From the NCBI GenBank assembly GCA_015069165.1, contig SVJD01000001.1:57485-121484 (forward strand): a DNA stretch of 64,000 nucleotides. Reading direction: 5' to 3'. This DNA is from Oscillospiraceae bacterium. Its GTDB lineage: Bacteria; Bacillota; Clostridia; UBA1212; UBA1255. The notes beneath the pieces were generated by a model, which saw only the letters and a program-made list of their open reading frames with translations, was not told the origin of the DNA and made no database searches. The translations under genes and the position numbers were made by a program. Numbering within the stretch: position 1 is the stretch's first letter; each line of letters starts with the position of its first letter. Positions 29,071 to 39,686 of the stretch are shown piece after piece.

Positions 29071-29781
29071 TTATTTTTTCATTTTTTCAAGATCGTCTGC
29101 AGCCTGTCTTACAGCAGCAATCATTTCGTCTATCATAGCAATAGGATCTTCGGCATTCATAATACCCGATGCTGCACCTGCAGCTTCTGAACCTGCCATA
29201 ATAAAATCATATACTTGTTTGCCGTTTGTGATACCTGCAGCTTGTTCAACAAGGATATTAGGGTCAATCTCTCTGATTGCCTGCATAACCTCTTTAACAT
29301 AACTCATATCACTTACTCCGCCGCCTGAACCGCCGATAAGCTCTGTGGGCTCGGGGTTGATAATATCGGGGTGAAGCTGAGCAATTGCTTTTGCCTCTGC
29401 AACAGTATCAGCACAAGCGAAAACAAGGAAATCTATCTCGTTTGCTCTGTCGATTGTTGCTTTAATTTGTGGTAAGGACATAGGTTTTTCACAGTGGTTT
29501 ACAACAACACCAACCGCACCTGCTGCTTTTAATGCCTCAGGAAGTACGTCTGCCATACCTCTGCCCGGACGAAGTGTATCCATATACGGAGCGAGTACTA
29601 TAAGATTCTTTGTGTTTTGAACAACATTTCTGATTTCAACTGCGGGGCAAATAAAAAGTACATCGATGTCATACTTTTCTGCTGCAGCATCAGCAGCTTT
29701 TGCATATTCCAACACTTTATCGCCGTATATGTAGTTTTTTGTACCGATTTCGAAATACGGTGTTCTTATTTTTCTTTTCAT
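29071..29781 (-). CDS. Triosephosphate isomerase-family protein
   Basis: The 236-aa protein has a TIM-like fold and sits between two YjbQ genes inside the sugar-catabolism cluster. Confidence 0.45.
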   Translation of the reverse strand: MKRKIRTPYFEIGTKNYIYGDKVLEYAKAADAAAEKYDIDVLFICPAVEIRNVVQNTKNLIVLAPYMDTLRPGRGMADVLPEALKAAGAVGVVVNHCEKPMSLPQIKATIDRANEIDFLVFACADTVAEAKAIAQLHPDIINPEPTELIGGSGGGVSDMSYVKEVMQAIREIDPNILVEQAAGITNGKQVYDFIMAGSEAAGAASGIMNAEDPIAMIDEMIAAVRQAADDLEKMKK

Positions 29782-29812
29782 AATAATTAATCCACCTTAA
29801 ATATTTAGTAAA

Positions 29813-30433
29813 TTATCTCTTAAGCTGAAGATCATAGTGAGGATCATATGCTTTTTCTTCTGCTGTGTATTTACGGAGTGTGTTTACAACTTCGCCGTTG
29901 TTGAACTTTCTGTCTTCTACATCCTCAGTTGTTCCCATGATAGTAACGTTGAGCTGTCTTCTGCGAGCACGAACGTGATCCCAGTCTACGAAATAGATGT
30001 GAGCGAATTCGCCGCCATCAAGCTCGCCGTCTTTGATTGTCATAACTTCGCTTCTGCCAAAGAATACACTTCTGAGGTGTCCGTCTGTATTCATACTTGT
30101 GAAGTCACCGGGCTCATCAACGTAACGGCCAAACTGTGTATGAATCGGTCCGGGGTGACGATATTGATGCTCTTCTGCAAAGTCAGGAGCAATTTTTCTC
30201 ATGATGTCGAGAAGGTCATGTTGCAAATATTCGATATCGAAAGAATCGATGTCATGTGAACATTCCTGAATCATTACGCAGCATGTTGTGTGGTGTGATG
30301 CAAGATTACATGTACCGTTTTTAATACCTGAAGCTTTTACTATTTCAATTACCTCTTTGGATACATCGTGAAATGTAGGGATCCAACCTCTTGATTGCAA
30401 TTCGATTTCTTTTTGATAAACTTTAAATTCCAT
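29813..30433 (-). CDS. YjbQ/UPF0047 family protein (long form)
   Basis: The motif HHTTCCVMIQE is present. Confidence 0.65.
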   Translation of the reverse strand: MEFKVYQKEIELQSRGWIPTFHDVSKEVIEIVKASGIKNGTCNLASHHTTCCVMIQECSHDIDSFDIEYLQHDLLDIMRKIAPDFAEEHQYRHPGPIHTQFGRYVDEPGDFTSMNTDGHLRSVFFGRSEVMTIKDGELDGGEFAHIYFVDWDHVRARRRQLNVTIMGTTEDVEDRKFNNGEVVNTLRKYTAEEKAYDPHYDLQLKR

Positions 30434-30552
30434 AATAATTTCCTCCGTTTATTTTTTAGTAAATATTAAATTTTCACAGGAAAAGACATAATTTCCCATG
30501 CTTTTGTCAGCATAACACTTTTCTTGTTAGTAGTCAATCAAATTATATCTAA

Positions 30553-31551
30553 TTAACGCAGATGCGGCGGGTTCCAACGCACTGCATCCTCCATCGTTTT
30601 GAAAAAGCCAAAATATTCAATATGCAAATACGGAGTAGCTTCACTCATTTCTAACTCGTGCTGATAAATGCTCAATCCATCAAGTCTGATACCGGAAATA
30701 GGATTTCGTGCTGCAAGAAAACTAGGACCTTTTTGTTGGCCGATATCATAGACATAGTTTTTAAAAGTCTTGTCTTCTCCTGAAATAAAAAATGAAATGC
30801 GATCCCCGTAAGTTGCTCCGTTTGTAATCATAAGGTGCGTCTCAAACGTTGTGGAAACTGTTTCGTTTTTGAGTCTGATTTTAAATACAGGATATTCACT
30901 GAGATTAAACGTCTTACCGTCTTCCCCACCTTTAATAGCAAAATAAGGATCCACCGTATGAATTTGAATTACGAGTGCACGTTCTACCGGATCACAAAAA
31001 TAAGTACACGCAGGTCCGGTTGCTGTCATACCAACCCCTGTTGCTTTTGAATCTATAAAAGTATCAGATTTCCACATATAATTATCAGGAGCGTAAAATC
31101 TGTAAAGTATAGCATCTACCTCTTCCTCATCTTTAACGGGAGTTTGCGTCGGTACTGCTGTTGGTGTAGGTGTGGGCGCTTGTGTCGGCGGTGTTGTAGG
31201 AGCTTTCGTAGGAGCTTGCGTAGGAACAGTCGGAATAATCGTCGGCTTTTTTGTTGGTGCTGTTGTCGGAGCTATGGTTGGAATTACAGTTGGTGTTGAT
31301 TCTTGTGTCGGCTCCGGTGTTTCTGTAGGCTCGGGCGTTGTCTCAACCGTTGGCGTAGGAGTCTGTATTTCAAGTGTTGAAGTCGGTTCCGGTGTTTCTG
31401 TTTCTTCCGGAATAGACGTACTTTCAGATCCTATTGTAGGTTTCACGGAAGCAGTAGTAACAATCGGGTTATCGGAATTTTCCGTGCAGCCTGTTAATAA
31501 AACCGTGAAAATAATTGTTAATACAATAATTGTCAAAATTGCTTTTTTCAT
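30553..31551 (-). CDS. Lipoprotein with ~120-aa Pro/Thr-rich linker and C-terminal globular domain
   Basis: The signal peptide is LTGCTEN. PT repeats (TPEPTETPEPTQ...) run through the middle of the protein. Confidence 0.45.
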   Translation of the reverse strand: MKKAILTIIVLTIIFTVLLTGCTENSDNPIVTTASVKPTIGSESTSIPEETETPEPTSTLEIQTPTPTVETTPEPTETPEPTQESTPTVIPTIAPTTAPTKKPTIIPTVPTQAPTKAPTTPPTQAPTPTPTAVPTQTPVKDEEEVDAILYRFYAPDNYMWKSDTFIDSKATGVGMTATGPACTYFCDPVERALVIQIHTVDPYFAIKGGEDGKTFNLSEYPVFKIRLKNETVSTTFETHLMITNGATYGDRISFFISGEDKTFKNYVYDIGQQKGPSFLAARNPISGIRLDGLSIYQHELEMSEATPYLHIEYFGFFKTMEDAVRWNPPHLR

Positions 31552-31732
31552 TATTAAATTACCCTCTTTCTCAATGATTTTGATTACAAGAATTGTATAT
31601 TAAACAACTACATTTGTAAATATGCTCTTTCAGTTCAAAACGATTTATTGCATTATCTTCAATAAAATATTATAATCAACTTGTATTTTAAAAATATAAA
31701 TTCTACTACTTAAAGAACGGAGTTGTCATACT

Positions 31733-32329
31733 TTGAAAAACGAATCATTAACACAAGCTATGAACGCTTTTGCAATCGAGAGCGAATGTATTTCCGAATT
31801 TGCAAATTACATAGACAAAGAGCAATTTTCCAAGGCTGTTGAACTTTTGGCAAATGCTGAAAGAATCGGTACTTGCGGTTGCGGTCACTCAGGTATTGCG
31901 TGCCAACATTTTTCTCACCTTTTGTGCTGTATCGAGCGTCCTTCACGCTTCATTTCTCCTGCCGAAGCTCCCCACGGTGCTACAGGCTTTTTGCAAAAAG
32001 GCGACGTAATGGTATTTGCTTCACGCGGTGGTAAAACTTCTGAATTACTTCCAATTATGGAAATTTGCCGCAAAAAAGAAATTAATATTATTACTATCAC
32101 TGAAAATCTCGAATCCCCCCTTGCAAAAGGCGCAACAGTCGTATTAAAACAATATGTAAACCGTGAAACAGATAAATACAACGCACAAGGAACAACTTCA
32201 ACAACTTCACTTTGCGTACTTTTCCACGCTTTGCAAGCAGCTCTAATAGAAGAAACAGATTACCTCAACGAGCAATTTGCTTTGATTCATCCCCACGGTG
32301 CTGTAGGCGAAAGACTTAATAAAAAATAA
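31733..32329 (+). CDS. SIS (sugar isomerase) domain protein
   Basis: A KpsF/GutQ-like SIS motif GTCGCGHSG is present. The gene probably uses a TTG start. Confidence 0.55.
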   Translation: MKNESLTQAMNAFAIESECISEFANYIDKEQFSKAVELLANAERIGTCGCGHSGIACQHFSHLLCCIERPSRFISPAEAPHGATGFLQKGDVMVFASRGGKTSELLPIMEICRKKEINIITITENLESPLAKGATVVLKQYVNRETDKYNAQGTTSTTSLCVLFHALQAALIEETDYLNEQFALIHPHGAVGERLNKK

Positions 32330-32400
32330 ATCGTAAAATACCAATTTCATCTTGTTATTTGAGTTAAAATTTGTTATTATATCGTATGTAAAACACGAAC

Positions 32401-32483
32401 GCGGATGTGGTGAAATTGGCAGACACGATGGATTTAGGTTCCATTGCGAGAGCGTGCGGGTTCAAGTCCTGTCATCCGCACCA
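32401..32483 (+). tRNA. tRNA-Leu, anticodon UAG (type II, long variable arm)
   Basis: The acceptor stem GCGGATG/CATCCGC is perfect. The anticodon arm is ATGGA-TTTAGGT-TCCAT, there is a long variable arm, the T-loop is GGTTCAAGTCC, and CCA is encoded. Confidence 0.85.
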
Positions 32484-32573
32484 AATTTTAATAGCTTGAA
32501 CCTCTTTATTTCTTGTAAGATGTTCGAGCTATTATTGTATAAAGAGCTATATTAACAGAAATGAGGTATATGT

Positions 32574-33542
32574 ATGAAATTAGAAAATACAACTTTTAAA
32601 ACTCCCATTCACGAAATTACTTCTCTTTACAGCACAGATAATCAAATTTTCTTTAAAAGAGACGACTTGCAGCCCTTCTCTTTCGGCGGTAACAAAGTAA
32701 GAATCGCACGAAAAATTATTGAACACATGTACGCAACAGGTTGTGACACACTCATTACATACGGTAATAAACGTTCTAACCTTTGCCGTGTTACAACAAA
32801 TATGTGTGCTGCATTGGGAATTAAATGCTACATGATTTCAATTACCGATGATGACCACGGCTTAAAGAAAGCATTTAACGGAGAAATGGCTCACCTTTTC
32901 GGAGCACAGGTAATTCAGTGTGAAAAATCCGAAGTTGATGCTACAGTTGCAAAAGTTAAAGAAAAAATTGTTAAGGAAGGCGGCGTTCCCTACTATATCA
33001 ACGAAGGCGACGCAGTAATCAATCAAGCTTCCACATACGTTGACGTTTATAACGAAATCATGGAACAAAGCAAAGAGTTCGGCGGCTTCGATTACATTTT
33101 CTGTGCTTCCGGTTCAGGCACGACACAAGCAGGCTTAACTATCGGCAAACTTTTGAATTCCGATACAGCAGAAGCGCCAAAAGTTGTTGGCATTTCAATT
33201 GCCCGTGTAAAAGAGCGCGGACTTCTTAAACTTAACGAACATATAAACGGTTATTTCGCCAAAAACAATATCACGAACATTCCGGCAGAACGTATTTCCG
33301 AGGAAATCAATCTTGCTACGGAATACTTGTGCGGCGGTTATTCTTTACATACTGACGAAATCAGAAACGCTTGCACTCAAATGCTTGCCGTAAACGGAAT
33401 TGAATTAGACACAACATATACAGGAAAAGCCTATGTCGGCTGTGAAAAATACTTAAAAGATAACAACATCAAGGGTAAAAAGGTTTTGTTTGTTCACACC
33501 GGCGGACTCCCCTTGTTCTTCGATCTTATGAACGAATTTTAA
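32574..33542 (+). CDS. PLP-dependent D-cysteine desulfhydrase / ACC deaminase family protein
   Basis: The Lys region reads GGNKVRIARKI, and the protein is of the fold-type II PLP family. Confidence 0.65.
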   Translation: MKLENTTFKTPIHEITSLYSTDNQIFFKRDDLQPFSFGGNKVRIARKIIEHMYATGCDTLITYGNKRSNLCRVTTNMCAALGIKCYMISITDDDHGLKKAFNGEMAHLFGAQVIQCEKSEVDATVAKVKEKIVKEGGVPYYINEGDAVINQASTYVDVYNEIMEQSKEFGGFDYIFCASGSGTTQAGLTIGKLLNSDTAEAPKVVGISIARVKERGLLKLNEHINGYFAKNNITNIPAERISEEINLATEYLCGGYSLHTDEIRNACTQMLAVNGIELDTTYTGKAYVGCEKYLKDNNIKGKKVLFVHTGGLPLFFDLMNEF

Positions 33543-33571
33543 TTATATATAAATTGAAGGAGGTCTTTAAA

Positions 33572-35347
33572 ATGGATAATAAGTACATTGACTTATACCA
33601 AGACACTTGGGCGGCAGCTGACAATTTAAAACGTGAGCTTCCCTTAGATGTAAAAGGTTTACAAAAAGACGGAAAAGTTGGTATTTTCTACTTTATGTGG
33701 CATTGCGGCAGAGGTCCGCTTATGGACCACACAGTAGCTTACGCTATGGGCGGAGCTGATGAATTTGAAAAAATGTTAGCAAGCGGTCCTTTAGGTTTTG
33801 CACATTATTGGGCAGAGCCATATTTTGGCTACTACCGTTCCGATGACGAATGGGTAATCCGTAAGCATATTTATCAACTTATGAATGCTGGAATTGATTT
33901 TATTTTCTTTGATGTAACAAACGGCTTAATTTATGCCCCTGTTCTCGAAGTAATTTTGAAAGTTTGGAACGAAGTTCGCGCTGAAGGTTACAAAACACCT
34001 GATGTTATTTTCAACTGCGGCGATAGCTTTGACAATTCAAGCAGATCTTTCGGCGCACTTTTAGAAAAATTTTACAGCGACAAACAGTATGACAATTTGT
34101 GGTTTAATTGGGAAAACAAACCGCTCGTTCTCGCACCGAGAAGTTTGGCAGAATCTCTCCCTGCAGATGTTCGCGACAGATTTACATTCCGTAAATGCTG
34201 GGCTATGACAAACGACGAGTGGTATACTTCTACCGATGGTAAAGGCGCTTGGGCGTGGGCTGATATGTATCCTCAAATGCCCGGCAAATCAGAAACAGGA
34301 GAAGTTGAGCAAGTTATCGTTATGTGCGGTTTCTGGGTAAACGGAAGTTACGGTACTAATGCCGGAAGAAGTTTTCATGACGGCAAGCAACCTCCCAACA
34401 AAAAAGAAAGAGATTACGGTTTTTCACTTGTTGATGATACTACACCGCACGGATATGCTTTCCAAGAGCAATTTGAGCGTGCAAAAGAAATCAATCCTCC
34501 TATAGTGATGATTACAGGTTGGAATGAATGGTGGGCAGGTCGTTGGGATAACTATCTCCCCGGCGGTGTAAATCCTGCCAAAGGTCAGTTAATTGCAAAC
34601 ACATACATTGTTGACCCCGAAGATCCTATGAAGCGTAATTATTACGTAGATTGCTTAAACGGAGAATATTCTCGTGATATTGAGCCTGTAAAAGGTCTAT
34701 TTAACGATAACTATTATTATCAAATGGTTTCAAATATCAGAGAATACAAAGGTTCTCGCCCTATCCCCTGTGCTGACGGACAGAAAACAATTGATATAAA
34801 CGGCTGTCCTTGCCAATGGAATGATGTTGGTCCTGAATATCTTGACTATAAAGGTGATACTGTTAAACGTGATGCCGTTTCACATGTTGGCGAAATTCAT
34901 TATGTGAATGATTCCGGCAGAAACGACTTTGTTACAATGAAAGTGTCTTCTGATGATGAATTTATTTATTTCTATGCTGAATGTGCAGATAGCATTACTG
35001 CTCCCGAAGGTACAAATTGGATGAACCTCTTTATTAACGCTGACCGTTCATATAATACCGGTTGGTACGGTTACAATTTTGTATTGAACAGATTCCAAAA
35101 CGGTAACGAAATTTCCGTAGAAGCCTTCAAAGATTCCGAATGGGCTATGGAAAAAGTCGGTACTGCGGAGTATTGTGTAAAAGGAAATATAATTCAAATC
35201 AAAGTTTCAAAAGCACTTTTGGGCATTAAAGATTCTTTTGAATTCAAATGGGCCGACAACTCTGTTTCAGACGGCGATATTATGAAATTCATTGACATGG
35301 GCGATGTTGCTCCTAACGACAGATTTAATTACATTTTCAAAAAATAG
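33572..35347 (+). CDS. Putative glycoside-hydrolase-like protein (uncharacterised family)
   Basis: The N-terminal stretch (FYFMWH...GWNEWW) and the length are what a TIM-barrel with a beta-sandwich C-terminus would give, but this is a judgement from primary sequence only. The ORF was trimmed to the ATG that has a GGAGG ribosome-binding site. Confidence 0.3.
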   Translation: MDNKYIDLYQDTWAAADNLKRELPLDVKGLQKDGKVGIFYFMWHCGRGPLMDHTVAYAMGGADEFEKMLASGPLGFAHYWAEPYFGYYRSDDEWVIRKHIYQLMNAGIDFIFFDVTNGLIYAPVLEVILKVWNEVRAEGYKTPDVIFNCGDSFDNSSRSFGALLEKFYSDKQYDNLWFNWENKPLVLAPRSLAESLPADVRDRFTFRKCWAMTNDEWYTSTDGKGAWAWADMYPQMPGKSETGEVEQVIVMCGFWVNGSYGTNAGRSFHDGKQPPNKKERDYGFSLVDDTTPHGYAFQEQFERAKEINPPIVMITGWNEWWAGRWDNYLPGGVNPAKGQLIANTYIVDPEDPMKRNYYVDCLNGEYSRDIEPVKGLFNDNYYYQMVSNIREYKGSRPIPCADGQKTIDINGCPCQWNDVGPEYLDYKGDTVKRDAVSHVGEIHYVNDSGRNDFVTMKVSSDDEFIYFYAECADSITAPEGTNWMNLFINADRSYNTGWYGYNFVLNRFQNGNEISVEAFKDSEWAMEKVGTAEYCVKGNIIQIKVSKALLGIKDSFEFKWADNSVSDGDIMKFIDMGDVAPNDRFNYIFKK

Positions 35348-35354
35348 TAAATTT

Positions 35355-36791
35355 TTATGAATTGACAGAATATTCTTTTTTAAAACCATGGGCGCCGAAG
35401 ATTTGCCATTTGCCAATGCCGAGGCGCCCGATAATTGCTTTTCTTTCCTCAGAACAAAGTTTTGGATTTGTATCAACGGAAGTCATCAAAATAGGTGCAT
35501 ATTGATTGTACTCGGCTTGTTCAGGTGTAAGTCCGTGAGTATTTATATAAATATCCCCTGTTAAAGCAATATGATGAGTATAATCAATCAACACAATTTC
35601 TCCCGGCAAATGACCGCCCTTACCTTCATATACTTCAAAATGAAGCTCCTCGAAATCAAAAAAACCGATTTGAGTAAGAGGTTGTGACAAATTATCAACA
35701 ATGTTCCACAAAGCTTTAATTTTATCAGGATTCACAGCCTTATAGGAAGTTAACAATTTACAAATATTGATATATGGCTTGTGAAGAGGGTTCTTTTCTC
35801 TGAATCCGTCGTTTCCAACAAATTCACTTTTTAAGCAAAAAGCCGTTTTTGTACTTGTAATTATTTCATCAAACAAAGGAAGTAAGCCGCAGTGATCAAC
35901 ATCCGCGTGAGTAACTATAATAGTTTTCTTCATTTTATCAAAATCGGGAATAATTTTTTTAAAAATTTTCTGCATCTCAATACTGTAACATGCGTATCCG
36001 CTATCAACAAACAAAAACTTATTATTACTTTTTATAATAATTGTGTTACTGCCGCAAGGAGGTTCTATTAATATTATTTCGGTATTGTCTGTTATTCTGT
36101 GATTACTGATTCGGGGCATAAAATTTCTTTCTTTTGATGCACCGAGTAAATCCGCAAACTTACTTATACTATCAAAAGTTCTGTACGGAGATAATCCTTG
36201 TTCGTCAAGAGTTTGCATAGCAAGATTGACGTGGACCAAAAGTTCACGTCTAATCTCGTCAGAAAGCCCCATTGTTTTGGAGAGACCCATAACATAAGTA
36301 TTATAAAAAATACTATTATCATATACCTTTTCAGAACTGTTATAATTTATGACTCGAACCTTGCAAATTTTTTCAGCCTCTTTTAAAAATTCAGAAATTT
36401 TATCAATATCTTCAACGTACAAACCCATTTTAAAATATTGATATGCAGTTCCGTTTTCCTGAGAACTTATATACGAAATGTTAAAATTAAAATCAGATAT
36501 TAATTCAAGCACATTCACAACACTGCCCGGAATATCTTCAAGACAAAATTCAATCAAAACAACACTTGATTTATTCGTATTACTTTGCAAATAACCGATT
36601 TTTTCAAGTTCTGTATCAGCTTTCTTTAACTGTTCTTCCGTACCTTCTGCATCTATAAAGAGTGTATGCGAATCAACAGCTTTGTTATAACTTACACGAG
36701 TTATATTTATCCCTAAAGCAGAAAAACACTTACTTGCTTTTAAAAAAGCACCGATATGATTAGGCATTGATGTCACGTAAGTCTTTTTCAT
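35355..36791 (-). CDS. Tandem ACT-domain protein fused to MBL-fold metallo-hydrolase
   Basis: Two N-terminal ACT-like units precede an MBL motif THADVDHCGL. It is the last gene of the T-box operon. Confidence 0.55.
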   Translation of the reverse strand: MKKTYVTSMPNHIGAFLKASKCFSALGINITRVSYNKAVDSHTLFIDAEGTEEQLKKADTELEKIGYLQSNTNKSSVVLIEFCLEDIPGSVVNVLELISDFNFNISYISSQENGTAYQYFKMGLYVEDIDKISEFLKEAEKICKVRVINYNSSEKVYDNSIFYNTYVMGLSKTMGLSDEIRRELLVHVNLAMQTLDEQGLSPYRTFDSISKFADLLGASKERNFMPRISNHRITDNTEIILIEPPCGSNTIIIKSNNKFLFVDSGYACYSIEMQKIFKKIIPDFDKMKKTIIVTHADVDHCGLLPLFDEIITSTKTAFCLKSEFVGNDGFREKNPLHKPYINICKLLTSYKAVNPDKIKALWNIVDNLSQPLTQIGFFDFEELHFEVYEGKGGHLPGEIVLIDYTHHIALTGDIYINTHGLTPEQAEYNQYAPILMTSVDTNPKLCSEERKAIIGRLGIGKWQIFGAHGFKKEYSVNS

Positions 36792-37230
36792 AATTTACCA
36801 CCTGATTTTTGCATTTTACAATAGCTTCAGTGACATCTGTTAAGACAAGTTCACCGTTTTGATTATATGCATCAATTCTAATTTCTACCAATCCGTTTTT
36901 GGAGTTTCTTTTTTCGAGTTTTGTAATAATTGCCTTTCCTATCAAAACATCATCAGCAAATACAGGTTTTAACCACTCTATTTTAGTGGACTTCCCTGCC
37001 AATAATTCATTGCCGAAAAAATCAACTTCGAGATATTTTGCCCATACAGACATAAAAGACATTACCCCCGGAGCAATAAGCTTACCAAAAGGTGTAGTTT
37101 TTGCATATTCCTCATCGGTATGAAGAGGAATATTGTCATAATCTCGAGCAAAATCTATCATTTTTTCTTTTTTTATAACGGCGGCAGATATTTCCACCGC
37201 CATACCAATTTCCAAATCGTCAAAATACAT
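36760..37230 (-). CDS. MaoC-like (R)-hydratase/dehydratase, hot-dog fold
   Basis: The 156-aa protein is MaoC-like. Confidence 0.65.
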   Translation of the reverse strand: MYFDDLEIGMAVEISAAVIKKEKMIDFARDYDNIPLHTDEEYAKTTPFGKLIAPGVMSFMSVWAKYLEVDFFGNELLAGKSTKIEWLKPVFADDVLIGKAIITKLEKRNSKNGLVEIRIDAYNQNGELVLTDVTEAIVKCKNQVVNYEKDLRDINA

Positions 37231-37231
37231 A

Positions 37232-39685
37232 TTACAATCCTAACATTTCAACCGACATATCACGCATTTTGTATTTTAATATTTTACCTGCGGCATTCAT
37301 CGGAAATTCATCTACGAAAACAAAGTATTTAGGTACTTTATGTCTTGCAATGGAGGCATTTCCGTATTCTTTCATTTCGGCTTCATCAGAAGTTTCACCT
37401 TTATGAAGAATAATCCAAGCGCAACATTCTTCGCCGTATTTTTCATCCGGAACACCAACTACTTGAACATCGCGAACTTTAGGATTTGTTAAATAAAACT
37501 CTTCAATTTCACGAGGATAAAGGTTTTCACCACCGCGAATAATCATATCTTTCAAACGACCCGTAACTTTATAGTAACCATCGGGTGTTCTCATACAAAT
37601 ATCTCCGGAATGGAGCCATCCGTCAGCATCAATTGCTTGAGCCGTAGCCTCAGGCATTTTATAATAACCCTTCATAATGTTAAATCCGCGTGCAACAAAT
37701 TCTCCGCTTTCTCCATCAGGAAGTTCATTTCCTGTTTCGGGGTCGATAATCTTACATTCAACACCGGGGAAAGCACTGCCAACAGTTTCTACACGGTGGT
37801 CAAGATCCTCGTTTACCTCACCCATTGTACAACCGGGAGATGCTTCTGTCTGACCGTAAACCGAAATAATTTCACGCATATTCATTTCAACGGAAGCACG
37901 GCGCATCAAATCTGCCGGGCAGTTTGCACCGGCCATGATACCTGTTCGCATATATGAAAAATCAGTCTTTGCAAAATCAGGATGATTGAACATAGCGATA
38001 AACATCGTGGGAACACCATTAAAGCAAGTGATACGTTCATCGTTTACACACGCAAGAGAAGACTTTGGTGAGAAATATGGAATAGGGCAAAGTGTACCGC
38101 CGTGTGTCATCATAGATGTCATAGAAAGTACCATTCCGAAGCAATGGAACATAGGCACCTGAATCATCATTCGATCAGCAGTAGACAAATCCATTCTGTC
38201 ACCAATAGTTTTTCCGTTGTTTACGATATTGCGGTGAGTAAGCATAACTCCTTTGGGGAAACCTGTTGTACCGGAAGTATATTGCATATTACATACATCG
38301 TCGGGTTTAACGAGAGAAGCACGTCTTCTGACCTCTTCACGAGGAACAAGCGAAGAACGCGAAAGCATTTGCTCCCAAGTAAGACAACCTTCCATATCAA
38401 AACCAACTGTTACGACATTACGAAGGAACGGCAAATTCTTGGAATACAGAGGTTTTCCCGGTTCAAGTGTCTTGAGTTCGGGGCAAAGTTCTTCGATAAT
38501 CTCTTTATAATTTATATCTTTGCAATACTCAATCATAACGAGCGTATGAGTATCGGATTGTTTGAGCAAATATTCGATTTCGTGAATCTTATACGCAGTG
38601 TTAACTGTAACCAAAACAGCACCGATTTTAGTCGTTGCCCAGAATGTAATAAACCATTGAGGAACGTTTGTTGCCCAAATAGCAACGTGATCTCCGGCTT
38701 TTACACCCAAAGAGATAAGTGCTGCTGCACATTCGTCTACATCACGACGGAATTGCTCGTAAGTTCTTGTATAGTCCAATGTGGGATACTTAAAAGCAAA
38801 TTGATCGGGATATGTTTCTGCCATTGTGTCAAGTACTTCTGAAAATGTAGCATCAATAACATCATACTTTTTCCATACGAAAGTACCTGTTTTTGAACGA
38901 TTATAATAAGCATGATCAAATGTTTTCTTTTCACGGTTAAGTGCAGAAATATAATTCGTGAAATGTGTCAAAACAATATCAGCATCACTGATTTCTTCAT
39001 TCCAAGCAGCACAGATGAAGCCCTCATAATTTAAAGAAGAGAGCGCATTCAGTACCTTACTTACATCTAAATCTCCCTCACCTATCAAAACTGTTTTGCC
39101 GTCTTTCATATCGCCGAGACGAACATACTTGATATATGCTCCTAAATTTTTAATTGTCGTTTCTGCTGATTCGCCCGCATCAAAATAAGTTCTTCTTACA
39201 TTCCAAGAAACACCGATATTAGCAAAAGCGAAATGATTAATAATACCTATTACATTTTCTGTATGTGCAAGGCTTCCTACAGTTTCGAACAAAATCATAA
39301 CATCTGAAGCTTCCGCACGCTTAATGGCAACAGATAATTTTGCATCTAACACATCAAAAGGTACATTATTTTCTGCTCTGACAATTACATTTTCAATACT
39401 GGCGGAAGCTGCCATATCAACGTATTTTTCAATAAGTTCAGCAGTAATTTCTTCATTTTCAACAGAACCGGGCACACGCAAAGCAGAAACAGACAAAGTT
39501 CTGTTAACCAGTTTTCTTTTTGCATCAGCAACACGATCACGCCTTAAGATACTGTCGTGATGTGCGTTTCTTTCTTTAATTGCATCATATATTTCAAAAC
39601 CCTCAAAACCGTAGTCGTAGGCATATCTGCATATATCAAGAAAAGATGCGCGACTAACATTTTTAGTTGAAAAAACAATTTTCAT
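37232..39685 (-). CDS. Fusion: xylose-isomerase-like TIM-barrel domain plus AMP-dependent acyl-CoA synthetase/ligase
   Basis: The N-terminal ~270 aa form a sugar-phosphate isomerase/epimerase-like barrel. The C-terminal part carries the AMP-binding motif YTSGTTGFPKGV and has the acyl-CoA synthetase fold. The start was trimmed to MKIVFSTKN and is translationally coupled to the upstream gene. Confidence 0.6.
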   Translation of the reverse strand: MKIVFSTKNVSRASFLDICRYAYDYGFEGFEIYDAIKERNAHHDSILRRDRVADAKRKLVNRTLSVSALRVPGSVENEEITAELIEKYVDMAASASIENVIVRAENNVPFDVLDAKLSVAIKRAEASDVMILFETVGSLAHTENVIGIINHFAFANIGVSWNVRRTYFDAGESAETTIKNLGAYIKYVRLGDMKDGKTVLIGEGDLDVSKVLNALSSLNYEGFICAAWNEEISDADIVLTHFTNYISALNREKKTFDHAYYNRSKTGTFVWKKYDVIDATFSEVLDTMAETYPDQFAFKYPTLDYTRTYEQFRRDVDECAAALISLGVKAGDHVAIWATNVPQWFITFWATTKIGAVLVTVNTAYKIHEIEYLLKQSDTHTLVMIEYCKDINYKEIIEELCPELKTLEPGKPLYSKNLPFLRNVVTVGFDMEGCLTWEQMLSRSSLVPREEVRRRASLVKPDDVCNMQYTSGTTGFPKGVMLTHRNIVNNGKTIGDRMDLSTADRMMIQVPMFHCFGMVLSMTSMMTHGGTLCPIPYFSPKSSLACVNDERITCFNGVPTMFIAMFNHPDFAKTDFSYMRTGIMAGANCPADLMRRASVEMNMREIISVYGQTEASPGCTMGEVNEDLDHRVETVGSAFPGVECKIIDPETGNELPDGESGEFVARGFNIMKGYYKMPEATAQAIDADGWLHSGDICMRTPDGYYKVTGRLKDMIIRGGENLYPREIEEFYLTNPKVRDVQVVGVPDEKYGEECCAWIILHKGETSDEAEMKEYGNASIARHKVPKYFVFVDEFPMNAAGKILKYKMRDMSVEMLGL

Positions 39686-39686
39686 T

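Noticed and set aside
31150-31450. Short GT-rich tandem repeats that look like a repeat array.
   Set aside because: They are the coding strand complement of a Pro/Thr-rich linker in the lipoprotein at 30553-31551. They are not CRISPR or VNTR, and there are no spacer-repeat periodicity or cas genes.
32352-32555. A 67-aa ORF overlapping tRNA-Leu.
   Set aside because: It lies entirely within or over the tRNA gene and its flanks, and it has no ribosome-binding site. It is spurious.
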